Part shown: in pieces, positions 1-9,782 of the stretch | Position numbering within the stretch: position 1 is the first letter of the stretch | How the letters are laid out: the number at the start of each line of letters is the position of its first letter | DNA from: Candidatus Latescibacterota bacterium | GTDB taxonomy: Bacteria; Latescibacterota; UBA2968; UBA8231 | Assembly: GCA_965205655.1 (NCBI GenBank) | Contig: CBDBIJ010000143.1 | Location: forward strand, 1 to 53,545 | DNA: 53,545 bases | Reading direction: 5' to 3' | Program-made: the position numbers and the translations under genes | The notes under the pieces: generated by a model | The model's database searches: none | What the model saw: the letters and a program-made list of their open reading frames with translations, nothing else | Told to the model about the DNA's origin: nothing

Positions 1-1872
1 CATCCCGGGAGAAGACCACGCGCAGGTCGTCGATGGCGTCAGCTTCCTGCGTCGCGTCAACGCCGGCGAGCGTCCGACCCTGCCGCGGTCGGTCGTCGTC
101 GTGGGTGGCGGCGATGTGGCCATGGACGCCTGCCGCGTCGCCAGGCGGTTGCCCGGCTGCGAGGAGGTCAAGGTGCTCTATCGTCGCGGCCCTGACGAAA
201 TTCCGGCGCGGCGCATCGAGCTCGAGGGGGCCATCGAGGAGGGCGTCGAGTTCGTCTACCACACCAGCCGGTGAGCGTGCACAGCCGCGATGAGGGGGTT
301 GTCCTGCGTTGTGTCGAAACGACGCTTGGCGAGCCTGGCGAAGACGGGCGGCGGCGGCCCGTCCACGTCGACGGCAGCGAGCACGACTACGAGAGCGGTA
401 TGGTCATTGCCTCCGTCGGCCAGAAAGGCGTGTGCGAGGAACTCGACTCCATCGGCATGATGCTGCCCGACCGCGTCCGCGCCGACTTCGGCACCATGCG
501 CACTTCCGACCCCAAAGTCTTCGCAGCCGGAGACGGGGCGTTTGGGGGCTCCACCATCGTCATCGCCATGCATCACGGCCAGAAGGCAGCCTATTACATC
601 AAAGCCTTCCTCGAGGGCCATCAAGACCCCATTCCCTATCGCACACCCTACCGCACGCGTCACGTTCCGGTGGCTCAGGATATGATGTGGGAGCGGTTCG
701 CCCTGCAGCACCCGGAGTTTCACGGGCTCGGCAAAGAGCCGGTCAAATTTCCTGAGATCGAGACGACCTACGACGGCGAGACGGCCAAGAAAGAGGCGGC
801 GCGATGCTACCGGTGCGACGCGGAGACCGGCACCCCCGACTACTCCGTGCGCCACCGGGAAGACCTGTTCTCCATGGCGCGGATGAAGCCGGAGGATCTC
901 CCCGAGCAGCAGTCCATGCTCCGGCGCCGCCTGACTCCGCGAGAGAACCCGTTCCCGGACAAACGACCGCCGCAGCTCGAAGACATCGTCTTCCTGCCAG
1001 CGAACCTGTCGCGGCTCGTCATCGATCCCTATCGCGAGGCCTGCCGCGTCAGCTTCGACATCGGTGGAAGGCTCGAGCTCGAGCACCCCTTCATGGTCAC
1101 CGGTTTCGACGATTCTCCGGGGGAGATTCGCGAGGCTGTCGCCCGCGGACTTGCCGACACCGGCAGCCCCTACGTGGGCTCTCGACCGCTTTCTCGGCGA
1201 ACAGAAGTCCCGTGGCTACAGCTGCTGCGGGCGGATGGACCAGCAGCTGATCCCGACGCGGCTGCCCTGTTGCACTCGTTTGACGAAGATCGTGAACCTC
1301 GAGAGATGGCGCCGCTCGTGGATGGCCAGCTGCTCGGACTCGCCGTCTCTTCCGAGGACTTGCTCAGTTGGGCGATTTCACACGCTCTCGACCGGCAGCT
1401 CGACCTGCTTCTCCTCGACGGGACCACGGCCCCATCTGACGCTGCTGCATGGCCGGAGTTGGCCGGCGCACCGAATTTGCGATTGCTGCGGGACGCTGTG
1501 GCTGTCTTGCGGAAGCTTGGCCGCGAGGAGGAGATCGACCTCGTCTACTTCGGCGGTATCCGCTCGGGCACCGACGCCGCCAAGCTCGTCGGTCTGGGTG
1601 CCGTGGCCATGGTGATGGGGGTATCGATCGGTCTCGCTGCGGGCGGGCAGATACACCGGGACACACTCATCTTCAATTCGGACCGGAGCGCTGACGAGCG
1701 CGCCGAGGCGGTCGCCAACCTGATCAGGGCCAACACCGGTGAAGCCTCGATGATGGCCCGGTGCACCGGCAAGACCGATCTCCACAACATCGAGCCAGAA
1801 GACCTGCGTGCCCTGACCTTGGCCACCTCCGACAGTGCCGGAACTCCCGTCGCCGGAACCCGCCCCGCCTGA
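1..1872 (+). CDS. GltD-like FAD/NAD(P)H oxidoreductase fused to C-terminal glutamate-synthase FMN-barrel-like domain (5' partial; one frameshift near 265)
   Basis: Frame from base 2 reads VVVVGGGDVAMDACRVARR...YRRGPDEIPA (GltD NADPH-binding motif), shifts at CACACCAGCCG into ORF 271..1872 with VFAAGD, EAARCYRC and then DLVYFGGIRSGTDAAKLVGLGA...MARCTGKTDLHNIEPEDLRALT (glutamate synthase FMN domain-like). Confidence 0.8.
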
Positions 1873-1885
1873 ACGAAAGATATAG

Positions 1886-2299
1886 CTAGGCCAGATTCAC
1901 TCCCGGCCATTGGTCACTGCTGGAGGTCACATCGACGGTAATCCCGTCGGGATCCTCGACCTTGAAGGCGCCGCTTTGGAGATTGTGGACGTCGAGGGGC
2001 ACCTTGCCGGATAGGCCATCGGAGTAAATCTCGTACCCCATCTCTAGAAGCCGCTGCGCCGCCTCCTCTAGACTTGACACCCGCACGCCGATGTGCAGGT
2101 AGTCAAGCAAGCCGCGGATGTTCGCCGGACGCTCCGGACCGTCGTGCTGGAAGACCCGGAAGTTGTGGTGACCGTCGCTGAGGTCATAGCAGTTCTCGAA
2201 CTGCGAGGCCACCGTCAGTCCGAGCCCGTCCCGCCAGAAGCGGATCGTCTTGTCCAGATCGCTGGCGCGGACTCCGACGTGGACGAGTGTTGCGGACAT
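1886..2299 (-). CDS. VOC/glyoxalase family protein
   Basis: LVHVGVRASDLDKTIRFWRDGLG and LHIGVRV...EDPDGITVD motifs; AGGAGG RBS before ATG at 2299. Confidence 0.85.
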   Translation of the reverse strand: MSATLVHVGVRASDLDKTIRFWRDGLGLTVASQFENCYDLSDGHHNFRVFQHDGPERPANIRGLLDYLHIGVRVSSLEEAAQRLLEMGYEIYSDGLSGKVPLDVHNLQSGAFKVEDPDGITVDVTSSSDQWPGVNLA

Positions 2300-2403
2300 G
2301 GTCGAATCCTCCTGTGATGTTGCGAATCGGCTGGTCGGGTGTCTTCGCGTCTGCCACAATGAAGTTCGTGGTTTGACCTCGGGTCAAGCCTGAAACCCGA
2401 CTT

Positions 2404-3072
2404 CTAAAGAAATTCCAGCGCCTCTTCCAATTCGATCTCGCGAAAAGACTGACGCAGACAGTCGGGACCGAGACCTTCAAACCACTGGTCGCGAATCTGC
2501 TGGACTTCGGGATCATCTGTCACTGAATCGAACACCTTCGCCACCCACTCCCGAAGCGCCGGGCAGCTGCTGACTACCTCGAGATCAGCCTCGTCAACCC
2601 GGCCATTGGGGTCGTAGACGAACGTTCGTCTCACGTTTCTTCTCAGACTCTCCAGCTGGACCTTCTCGAAGGAGGGTTCTGGCGCGGGCTCCCTTTCCGG
2701 CACGAGCAACACGTTCACACCGCGATCGGTAATCGCTGAAGCTGTGTCGTTCGCGCTCTCCGGGACGAAAACGCTCTTGTGATCGGGCCAGATGTCCATC
2801 ATCCCGTAGCGGGCAAGTGGACGCCGCCGCTGAAAAGTGAAGAAATCCGGATAGGCGAAGAACTCATCACCGGTTTCGCGGTAGCGATCGTAGAAGGCCG
2901 TCACATAGGCTGTGATGAGGGTTATCGCCCCGACACCCTCCCAGCGATTGGGCGCCACCACTCCGAGGCGATCCGTGGTCGCGAAATCGGCGAAGAATTC
3001 CTCGTGACTCTGCTCCTCGCCGCGGTACCGCAGTTCGAAATCCGTCCTGCTGAGAATCCTCGAGCTGTGCAC
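2404..3072 (-). CDS. hypothetical protein (222 aa)
   Basis: Clean ORF with normal composition, co-oriented in the cluster; no family recognised. Confidence 0.7.
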   Translation of the reverse strand: MHSSRILSRTDFELRYRGEEQSHEEFFADFATTDRLGVVAPNRWEGVGAITLITAYVTAFYDRYRETGDEFFAYPDFFTFQRRRPLARYGMMDIWPDHKSVFVPESANDTASAITDRGVNVLLVPEREPAPEPSFEKVQLESLRRNVRRTFVYDPNGRVDEADLEVVSSCPALREWVAKVFDSVTDDPEVQQIRDQWFEGLGPDCLRQSFREIELEEALEFL

Positions 3073-3114
3073 GATGGCCTTATTCTTCGACCCGGTAGAT
3101 GCCTGGACGCGCCA

Positions 3115-4920
3115 TCATCGCGCCTCCGCCCCCTGCCAGTCTTTGCGCAGCGCGTACACCCGATCGTCGAAGACGAAGTCGCGACGACCGCCGTGCGCCC
3201 CCCCCGCCACGATGAGCCGGCCGTTCAGCTCTGCCGCCGCCCCCCACGAATTGGCGGAGGGAAGGTCAGGAGCCCTCTTCCAGGACCTATCGCGGGGTGA
3301 GTATCGATAGCCTTCAGTCGTGTCGTGGCTGCCCAGGACCCAGACCTGGCCGTCGTGAGCGGCGACCTGGGAGGCCTGCGGCAGCAGCGGCGGCTGTTGC
3401 AGCTCCTCCCACTGATCGCCCTTCACATCGAGACTGTAAGCCCCCTCGGTGCCGACGACATAGATCACCCCCTCGAGAACGCAGCCGGCGTACTGTCGCA
3501 TTTTACGGAGCAGCGACGGCTCGGAACGCCAGGTGGTCTCTCCCGGGCCGATGCTCTCCACCGCGTCAAGGGCATTCCCGACCCCGGACCCACCGATAGC
3601 GTACACTCGTCCCCCTGCTGTAACAACAACCGGCTCCTGTCGGGCTTTTCCAAGCGCTGGCCCCTGACGCCACGAACCCTTCTCCGGGTCGTAGATATCG
3701 ACGTCGTCGAGCGGGAGTCGCTCGCCTTTAGAGTTGACCTTGTCTTCCTCATACACCGCCCCTCCCACATTCCAGATCTCGCCGTCCAGCGCCGCGATGC
3801 CGTTGTAGCACCGGTGGAAGGGCAGGTGCCCCTCGACACTCCACACATCCGTCTCCGGATCATACGACCACAACTCGTCAAAGGTGTGGGGCACCGCCGG
3901 GTAGCCCCATCCCCACGTGGCTCCCCCGGAAGTCCACAGCTTGCCGTCGTGAACGGCGGCGAAGATGTCGTGATTCCCGCCGGGGAGACGGCCCAGCGCC
4001 TGCCACTTCTTTTGCCAGGCGCCGCGACGCGCTTCTATGCGGAACAGTTGTCGGACCACCCCGACCCAGGTGTTGCCATCGCCGTCGGTCGTCAGCACTC
4101 GAATCGGAGCCTCCGCCGACGCACCCTCACTCAGGACCTCAATGTGGAGATTGGCGTCGTGGCCCAGGTCGATCTCGATCACCTCCCCCGAGATCAGACC
4201 CGCCATCGCCATTCCAGCTGGCGACAGACCCAACGCGGTTGGACTCGCCAGACTCAGTCCCGGCGTACCCGGAATAGCCCTCCAACCCTCCTCGGGAGCG
4301 CGGGGGTCCATCTGTCGCAGACCGCCCTTTCCCCCGATCCATACCATACCGAAATCGTCAGCGGTCACGAGACTCCACTGATCGGCGGCCGTGCCTTGTG
4401 GAAACGGCACCACCTGCCACGCCTCCGGCGCATTGGCGCGCAGCACGACGAGCTCTGCCTGTGCGCCGACGCCTGCCACTGCCCAGTGATTGTCGTACAG
4501 ATCCCGCGCTACCGGAATCGGCGCCACGTTCGCTCCCGAGTATTCCGGAGTTTCCGCGAAGCTGCCCTCGACGCCGCGGAATTTCCTGCTCCCCTCGACC
4601 CAAATGCGTCCATCCGGGGTGCGAAAGACTCGTCCTGCGCCCGCGGCCGAACCACCGAATTCAGCTGTCACCTCCTCCGGTTTCCACGACCCGCTCACGG
4701 AAGCGCTCAGGATTTTCTGGTCAGCGGTGTAGTAGATGCGTTTGTCTGGCCCGATGGCCGCGCCGCCGACGGGGCCTCTATTCAGGGTGCGAAGCTCCCC
4801 GTCTCTGAGCACCACGAGCCCGCCTTTGTCGCCGGCCAGGACGACGTAGACGGCGCCGTCATCGGCTGCGACGAGAGCGGTCGGTTCACCCGGTAGATCC
4901 TTCACGAGTTGCATTGGCAC
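3115..4920 (-). CDS. Kelch-repeat protein with N-terminal second beta-propeller
   Basis: C-terminal Kelch repeats (DGKLWTSGG, DGEIWNVGG, GGRVYAIGG, NGRLIVAGG; YDPETDVW); N-half has D-x-x-G-x-x-W-(I/V)-G blades. Confidence 0.8.
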   Translation of the reverse strand: MPMQLVKDLPGEPTALVAADDGAVYVVLAGDKGGLVVLRDGELRTLNRGPVGGAAIGPDKRIYYTADQKILSASVSGSWKPEEVTAEFGGSAAGAGRVFRTPDGRIWVEGSRKFRGVEGSFAETPEYSGANVAPIPVARDLYDNHWAVAGVGAQAELVVLRANAPEAWQVVPFPQGTAADQWSLVTADDFGMVWIGGKGGLRQMDPRAPEEGWRAIPGTPGLSLASPTALGLSPAGMAMAGLISGEVIEIDLGHDANLHIEVLSEGASAEAPIRVLTTDGDGNTWVGVVRQLFRIEARRGAWQKKWQALGRLPGGNHDIFAAVHDGKLWTSGGATWGWGYPAVPHTFDELWSYDPETDVWSVEGHLPFHRCYNGIAALDGEIWNVGGAVYEEDKVNSKGERLPLDDVDIYDPEKGSWRQGPALGKARQEPVVVTAGGRVYAIGGSGVGNALDAVESIGPGETTWRSEPSLLRKMRQYAGCVLEGVIYVVGTEGAYSLDVKGDQWEELQQPPLLPQASQVAAHDGQVWVLGSHDTTEGYRYSPRDRSWKRAPDLPSANSWGAAAELNGRLIVAGGAHGGRRDFVFDDRVYALRKDWQGAEAR

Positions 4921-5051
4921 CCTGCCTTGAATCTGTGCCGCACTTGCCGATGAACCGGATCCCTGCCTTGTGGGGGGTGTGGTGCTACTCGGTGCTGTCT
5001 ACTCGCAGTGGCTGTCGATCGACGCCCGCACTGGGCTCGATTCCCGATCTA

Positions 5052-5783
5052 TCACTTTAGCACTGCGACGAATTCCTTGGCCCTTTCGACGCAGGCGATG
5101 GCGTCCTTGCCGTAGCCGTCGCAGCCCATCTCGGTGGCGAGCTCCTGGTTCACCGCGGCGCCGCCGGCCATCGTTTTTACGTCTCCCAGTCCGACCTGTT
5201 TGAACTCCAGAATCGTCTTGCCGATGTTGACCATCGTCGTGGTCAGAAGGGCGGACATGCCGACGATCTTGGCGTCGTGCTTCCGTACAGCCTCGATGAA
5301 CTCCTCGGTTGCCGTATCCACGCCGAGGTCGTGGACCTCGAAGCCGGCCCCGTTGAGCATCATGATGCACAGATTCTTGCCGATGTCGTGGAGGTCTCCC
5401 TTGACCGTGCCCATGATGACGGTGGCGATCTTCTCGATGCCCGCATCCGACAGAATCGGATCGATGTGAGCCATGCCCGCCTTCATGGCGCGGGCAGAGA
5501 CGAGCACCTCGGGAACGAAGACGATGTTGTCTCGGAACTTCACGCCGACGACCGACATGCCGGCAATCAGGCCATCGTCGAGGATGGTGTGCACGTCGAA
5601 TCCCTTCTCGATAGCTTCCTTCGTCAACGCGTCGCACGAGTCCTGATCACCCATTATGACATCGTAGGCGATATCCTCCATCAGTGGATCTGCTTTCTCG
5701 AAAATCGCGCGCAGATCCGCGTTCTCGGTCGGATCGGTAACCCAGTTCAGCTCTTCTTCTATTCCTTCGTTCTCGATCGGCAT
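5052..5783 (-). CDS. methyltransferase-associated corrinoid (B12-binding) protein
   Basis: Cap domain LIAGMSVVGVKFRDNIVFVPEVL plus GTVKGDLHDIGKN (DxHxxG), SALLTTT and GG motifs. Confidence 0.93.
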   Translation of the reverse strand: MPIENEGIEEELNWVTDPTENADLRAIFEKADPLMEDIAYDVIMGDQDSCDALTKEAIEKGFDVHTILDDGLIAGMSVVGVKFRDNIVFVPEVLVSARAMKAGMAHIDPILSDAGIEKIATVIMGTVKGDLHDIGKNLCIMMLNGAGFEVHDLGVDTATEEFIEAVRKHDAKIVGMSALLTTTMVNIGKTILEFKQVGLGDVKTMAGGAAVNQELATEMGCDGYGKDAIACVERAKEFVAVLK

Positions 5784-5801
5784 CGATTCGGTCCCGCGTC
5801 A

Positions 5802-6932
5802 CTAACTCAGTGATATCGGGTAGTTGCCGTATTTGTATGTCGCCTCGAGCATGGCCGCGTAGTTGTCGATCGGCACGTACTCCGGAATCGAATTCCCCGA
5901 CGACACGCAGTAGCCACCACCCGGTCCCAGGTCGCGGATCCGCTCCCGCACTTCGGCATCCACCTCTTCCGGCGTCCCCTTCGTCAGGGTATACTGAAGA
6001 TCGATGTTGCCCAAAAGGGCGATGCGGTCGCCGTATTTCGCCTTCACCTCGTTGATGTCGTGGGCTTGCTTCTCTACCGGGTGCCATCCGTCGATGCCCG
6101 TAGCCAGCAACTCTTCGATCACCATGTCGATCTTGCCGTCGGTGTGATACACCATGGGCTTGTCCGCCGCCTTGGCCATGTCGGCCATCTGCTTGTAGCA
6201 GGGAAAGACGTATTTGCGGTAATGGGCAGGGGAGACGAGGGGCCCGTTCTTGCCCGACAGATCATCGGCGTGAAAGCTCATGCCGACCGACGGATGCGCC
6301 ATGGCGGCTTCCATGGCGCGCAGCTGCAACGGCACGACCTTGTCGTACATCATCTCGATGAGCTCGGGATCGTCGATGCAGGCGAGCATGAACGTCTCCA
6401 GCCCCATCATGAACCAGACACCCGTGAAGACCTTGCCGATGATGACGCTGATCTTCATGCCGTCCGGCAGCAGCGGCGCGACCTGGTCGAGCACGGAAAA
6501 GTCCAGGTTGTCCGGATCGGGCCAGTCGAACTCAGCGAACTCCTCCTTGGTGGTGATGACGCCCTTGTGCATCTCGGCCCAGTAACGCTCGGTATAGGCC
6601 TCGAGTTCGGCTCTGTAGGTCTTGGTCTTCGTGTGAGTGACCTCTACCTGTTCAGTCCTCTCGGTCTCGCGCCGCTTATGGTGGACGCTGATGACTGTCA
6701 GGGCCACCGGGTAGGCGTCGTAGCCGGCTTCCTTGTAGAACTCCATCTCATCCGCGTGGCCGCTAAGCGTGCGGCCCATGAACAGCTCCTTGATCTCGGG
6801 CTCGATGCTCATCTCGAAGATCGGGACGCAGTCCGGCTCTTTCAGTGCCAGCGCCGTCCTCAGCCGCTGAAAGTCGTTTCTTCTGTCGCCCTTCGCCGCC
6901 ATGGCTCTCTTGATCGATTCTGGTACTGCCAT
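5802..6932 (-). CDS. uroporphyrinogen decarboxylase (URO-D)/MtaA-CmuA-like family protein
   Basis: EPDCVP, ADDL, YHTDG, ALLGNID, GTPEEV, GGGYCVSSGNSI motifs; directly upstream of corrinoid protein. Confidence 0.88.
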   Translation of the reverse strand: MAVPESIKRAMAAKGDRRNDFQRLRTALALKEPDCVPIFEMSIEPEIKELFMGRTLSGHADEMEFYKEAGYDAYPVALTVISVHHKRRETERTEQVEVTHTKTKTYRAELEAYTERYWAEMHKGVITTKEEFAEFDWPDPDNLDFSVLDQVAPLLPDGMKISVIIGKVFTGVWFMMGLETFMLACIDDPELIEMMYDKVVPLQLRAMEAAMAHPSVGMSFHADDLSGKNGPLVSPAHYRKYVFPCYKQMADMAKAADKPMVYHTDGKIDMVIEELLATGIDGWHPVEKQAHDINEVKAKYGDRIALLGNIDLQYTLTKGTPEEVDAEVRERIRDLGPGGGYCVSSGNSIPEYVPIDNYAAMLEATYKYGNYPISLS

Positions 6933-7216
6933 TTGATGCCGCCTCCATCAATTCGAAAAGAGGATCATGGGAGTCAGGACTCGCATGCATCCGTGATATT
7001 TCCAGCCGCTAAAGATAGACAAAACCGCTTGTCGCGACGAGGCTTCCCATGAGGTTTGTATCCCTCGCCGCAGTTCGCCCGCGTCACTTGTAGGAGCTTT
7101 CATGAGCTCGACCATCAGAATCGGTGTAGAATTCATGTTGGCTTGAGTGACTGATGCGAGCAACGGAAAAGCGCCAATAAAGAAAGGCCCCGCGTGTTGT
7201 TTACAGGTCCACCAAT

Positions 7217-7250
7217 AGAAAAAGCCCGACGTTGTTGTCGGGCTTTTTCT
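7217..7250. terminator. intrinsic terminator, probably bidirectional
   Basis: Perfect 14-bp inverted repeat AGAAAAAGCCCGAC-gttgtt-GTCGGGCTTTTTCT downstream of the DUF4159 gene. Confidence 0.85.
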
Positions 7251-7251
7251 T

Positions 7252-7284
7252 CAATAAGGCAGAGCCGATGGCTCTGCCTTATTG
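7252..7284. repeat. 15-bp perfect inverted repeat overlapping the DUF4159 stop codon
   Basis: CAATAAGGCAGAGCC-gat-GGCTCTGCCTTATTG. Confidence 0.85.
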
Positions 7285-8618
7285 CGTAAACTGAGTCACA
7301 TTGGCGATTCCGCCCGGCTGGGTGAGGGCGTAGACGATGAGGTTGACCCCGAACTGCAGGCCGCGTTCGCGGGCTTCCGCTTGCTGGTCGCCCCAGTACC
7401 AGCTGATGTTCAGATCGCTGAACACGACGGCCACGCGGCCGCGCAACTCCAGCATCTCGAGATCGAACACGTTGCCGCCCGGCGCCCCACCCATTGGGGG
7501 GCCGTCTGCGAAATCGAAGAAGCTGTAGAACAGCGGATGGGACTTGACGACCTTTTGCCATCGGGATCCTTCGGTGCCGAGAACGTCCGGCTCTTTCATG
7601 AGAGCCTTGAACTGTCGATCGAAGAGAGTCCCTTCGACGCCGGCATCCTGCCCCTCGAGAGTGCCCGATGCCGCGGTTTTCCGGATCTCCTCGGCGTACA
7701 GAAAGCCGCCGTTCCTAAGATAATCGCCCAGATTCCCCTTCTCCGTCCTCGTCAGCTGCAGAAATGGCGCTGTTTCCAGTCATATAGATGAAGGGCGCCT
7801 TCATGACCCGGGTGTCGCTGAGACGCACCGTCGTCCCCTCGATCTTGGCTTTGATCCGGGTGTGGTCGCGCATGTAGCGCATCAGCTCTTCCACCGCGGT
7901 CGGGAACCTGTCCGCGCTCTTGTCGGCCAGATCGTAGTCGACGACGGTCATATTGAAGAAGCCGCGGAATGTTCTTCTTGTTCTCGGGGTCCTGGATTCA
8001 GGATCGCCTGGAAGCGACCGTAGTCCAGATCTGCCACGTTCAGCAGCTCCTGCCGCAGGCTCGTAGCCTCTTGCACGGGAGCGGCCGTCTCCGTGAGCTG
8101 GATCATCTCCACCTCGTCGAAGGCGAGGTCCTCGGCCTTGGCGCCGCTGAAGGTTCCCAGCACCTGCGACCCGGGAAGGACGGCTCCGAGCAGATCGCTG
8201 CCGACTGTGCTCACGTCGGCGATGGCGGAGATGTCCTCAGGTATTTCCGGCGGCCCCATTGAGGCCAGCATCTCCATCTGCACCTCGGAAATTTCCGGCT
8301 GTTTGGCCAGATCGAAGTTCTTCTGCAAAATGGGCCGGTGGCGCCTGGAACCGTATGAGCACCTCCTCTTCGTCCTCGGCACCCAGGCCGAGATAGTAGG
8401 CAACGCCGCCACCGATTCCGTGGGCGATCACGGCAACCGTCAGCGCCGTCCACATGCCCATTCGGTGTCCCGTTGTCGCCTTCCCACAGCGCCGTCAGTA
8501 GCACGGCGGCGGCGGCGATCAGCAGGAGCCAGGCGAACCACATGGACACGATCAGTCCCAGGTGAATCAGGACGGCTATCCCAAATATCGTATACAGGTT
8601 TCTCTTTTGTTTATCCAC
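7279..8618 (-). CDS. membrane-anchored DUF4159-domain protein (about four frameshifts)
   Basis: ORF pieces 8211..8618, 8237..8461, 7948..8412, 7715..7951, 7279..7599 join into TM segments, an acidic linker, then APFIYMTG...YLRNGGFLYAE...HPLFYSFFDF...GRVAVVFSD...FGVNLIVYALT typical of DUF4159. Confidence 0.78.
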
Positions 8619-8664
8619 GGACGTACAGTCCCCTGCGTTCCTGGGTTGAGGTGTGCTGGACTAC

Positions 8665-9074
8665 CTAACCCCGTCCCCTCTGCGGTTCGGTTGCGATGAC
8701 CTGATCCACGATTCCCACCTGCCGGGCAATGTCCATGATATTCACGATCTGCCCGTGGGTGGCCCGCTCATCGCCCTGGATGATGATCAGAGTCGTGTCG
8801 TCCAGGATCTTTCGCTTGTACTCGAGCTCCTGCTTCAGGTTGGCGAACGTGACCGTCTTGTGGTTCAGCTTCATGTTGCCATCCTGATCGACCACGATGA
8901 ACAGGTTCTCCTTCTCCGGCGCCTCTGACTCCTCCGCTTCCGGCAGCTTGATATCGAGCCCCGGGGTGATGGCGAACACGGCCGTCACCATGAAGAAGAT
9001 GAGGAGCTGAAACACCACGTCGATCATGGGTGTCAGATCGGGAATTTCCCGTATTTCCTTCTTTCGCGTGCCAT
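8665..9074 (-). CDS. exbD: biopolymer transporter ExbD/TolR (frameshift just after start)
   Basis: DLTPMIDVVFQLLIFFMV, IKLP, IIQGD...HGQIVNIMD; ATG at 9074 with GGAG RBS is one base out of frame. Confidence 0.92.
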
Positions 9075-9093
9075 GTGCTTAAATCTCCCTGGC

Positions 9094-9749
9094 CTAGGCC
9101 GCCTGCGAGCCGTGCCAGCGCCTCAGGAGCGCGTCGACAAAACCGTGTCCGTACGGCTCGAACTCTGTCGCTTTTCCTTCGGCACGGGAGGTGAAATAGG
9201 TGAAGATGGCCAGCGCCGGAACCGCGATGACGAGACCAGTGACGGTCGTGATCAGCGCCTCGGAGATACCAGCCGCTACGATCGTCGGTTCGCCCAGGCC
9301 TTTCTCGGCGATCCCTTCGAAGGCCCGGATCATGCCGTTCACGGTGCCGAGCAGGGCCCAACAGCACGACGGAGTTGGCGACGAACTGAACCACCGGCAG
9401 GTAGCGCTCCAGATATCCGATCGCCGCCCGATCGACGGTGCCGTTCATCTCAACGCGCATCTCTTCCATCGTTCGTTGCTCTTTGGCCAGGTGCTCGAAT
9501 CTCTCGATTCCTTCGGCGTAGACCTCGCCTTCCAGTTTGCCGATCTCACCGCAGTAGTCTTTCAGCTGCTCGAAAGACGTGCCGGAGTCGATGCGCCCGG
9601 TGACGTCGTTCGTCACGTCGGAGAGCTCGTCCTCGCCTCGCATGCTGGCGTAGGTCCCACACCCTCTCGAGAAAGAAGCAAAGAGCCATGATCGACCACA
9701 GAAGCAGGGGCCACATGAATGGTCCGCCGTCGCGGAAGAAATCCCACAT
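9094..9749 (-). CDS. exbB: MotA/TolQ/ExbB proton channel (two frameshifts)
   Basis: GGPFMWPLLLWSI..ER; LLG(L)LGTVNGMIRAF; VAAGISEALITTVTGLVIAVPA across ORFs 9546..9749, 8768..9643, 9094..9342. Confidence 0.9.
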
Positions 9750-9782
9750 CTTTCTACATCCTCCCGGTTTTGTCAGATGGAT

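Noticed and set aside
272..274. In-frame TGA as possible selenocysteine
   Set aside because: Homology continues in another frame and one added C (ACC-CAG-CCG-GTG) restores it; a frameshift, not read-through
6933..7216. Cobalamin riboswitch upstream of the URO-D/corrinoid genes
   Set aside because: Only an isolated GGGAAG on the coding strand; the B12-box and other core elements were not found
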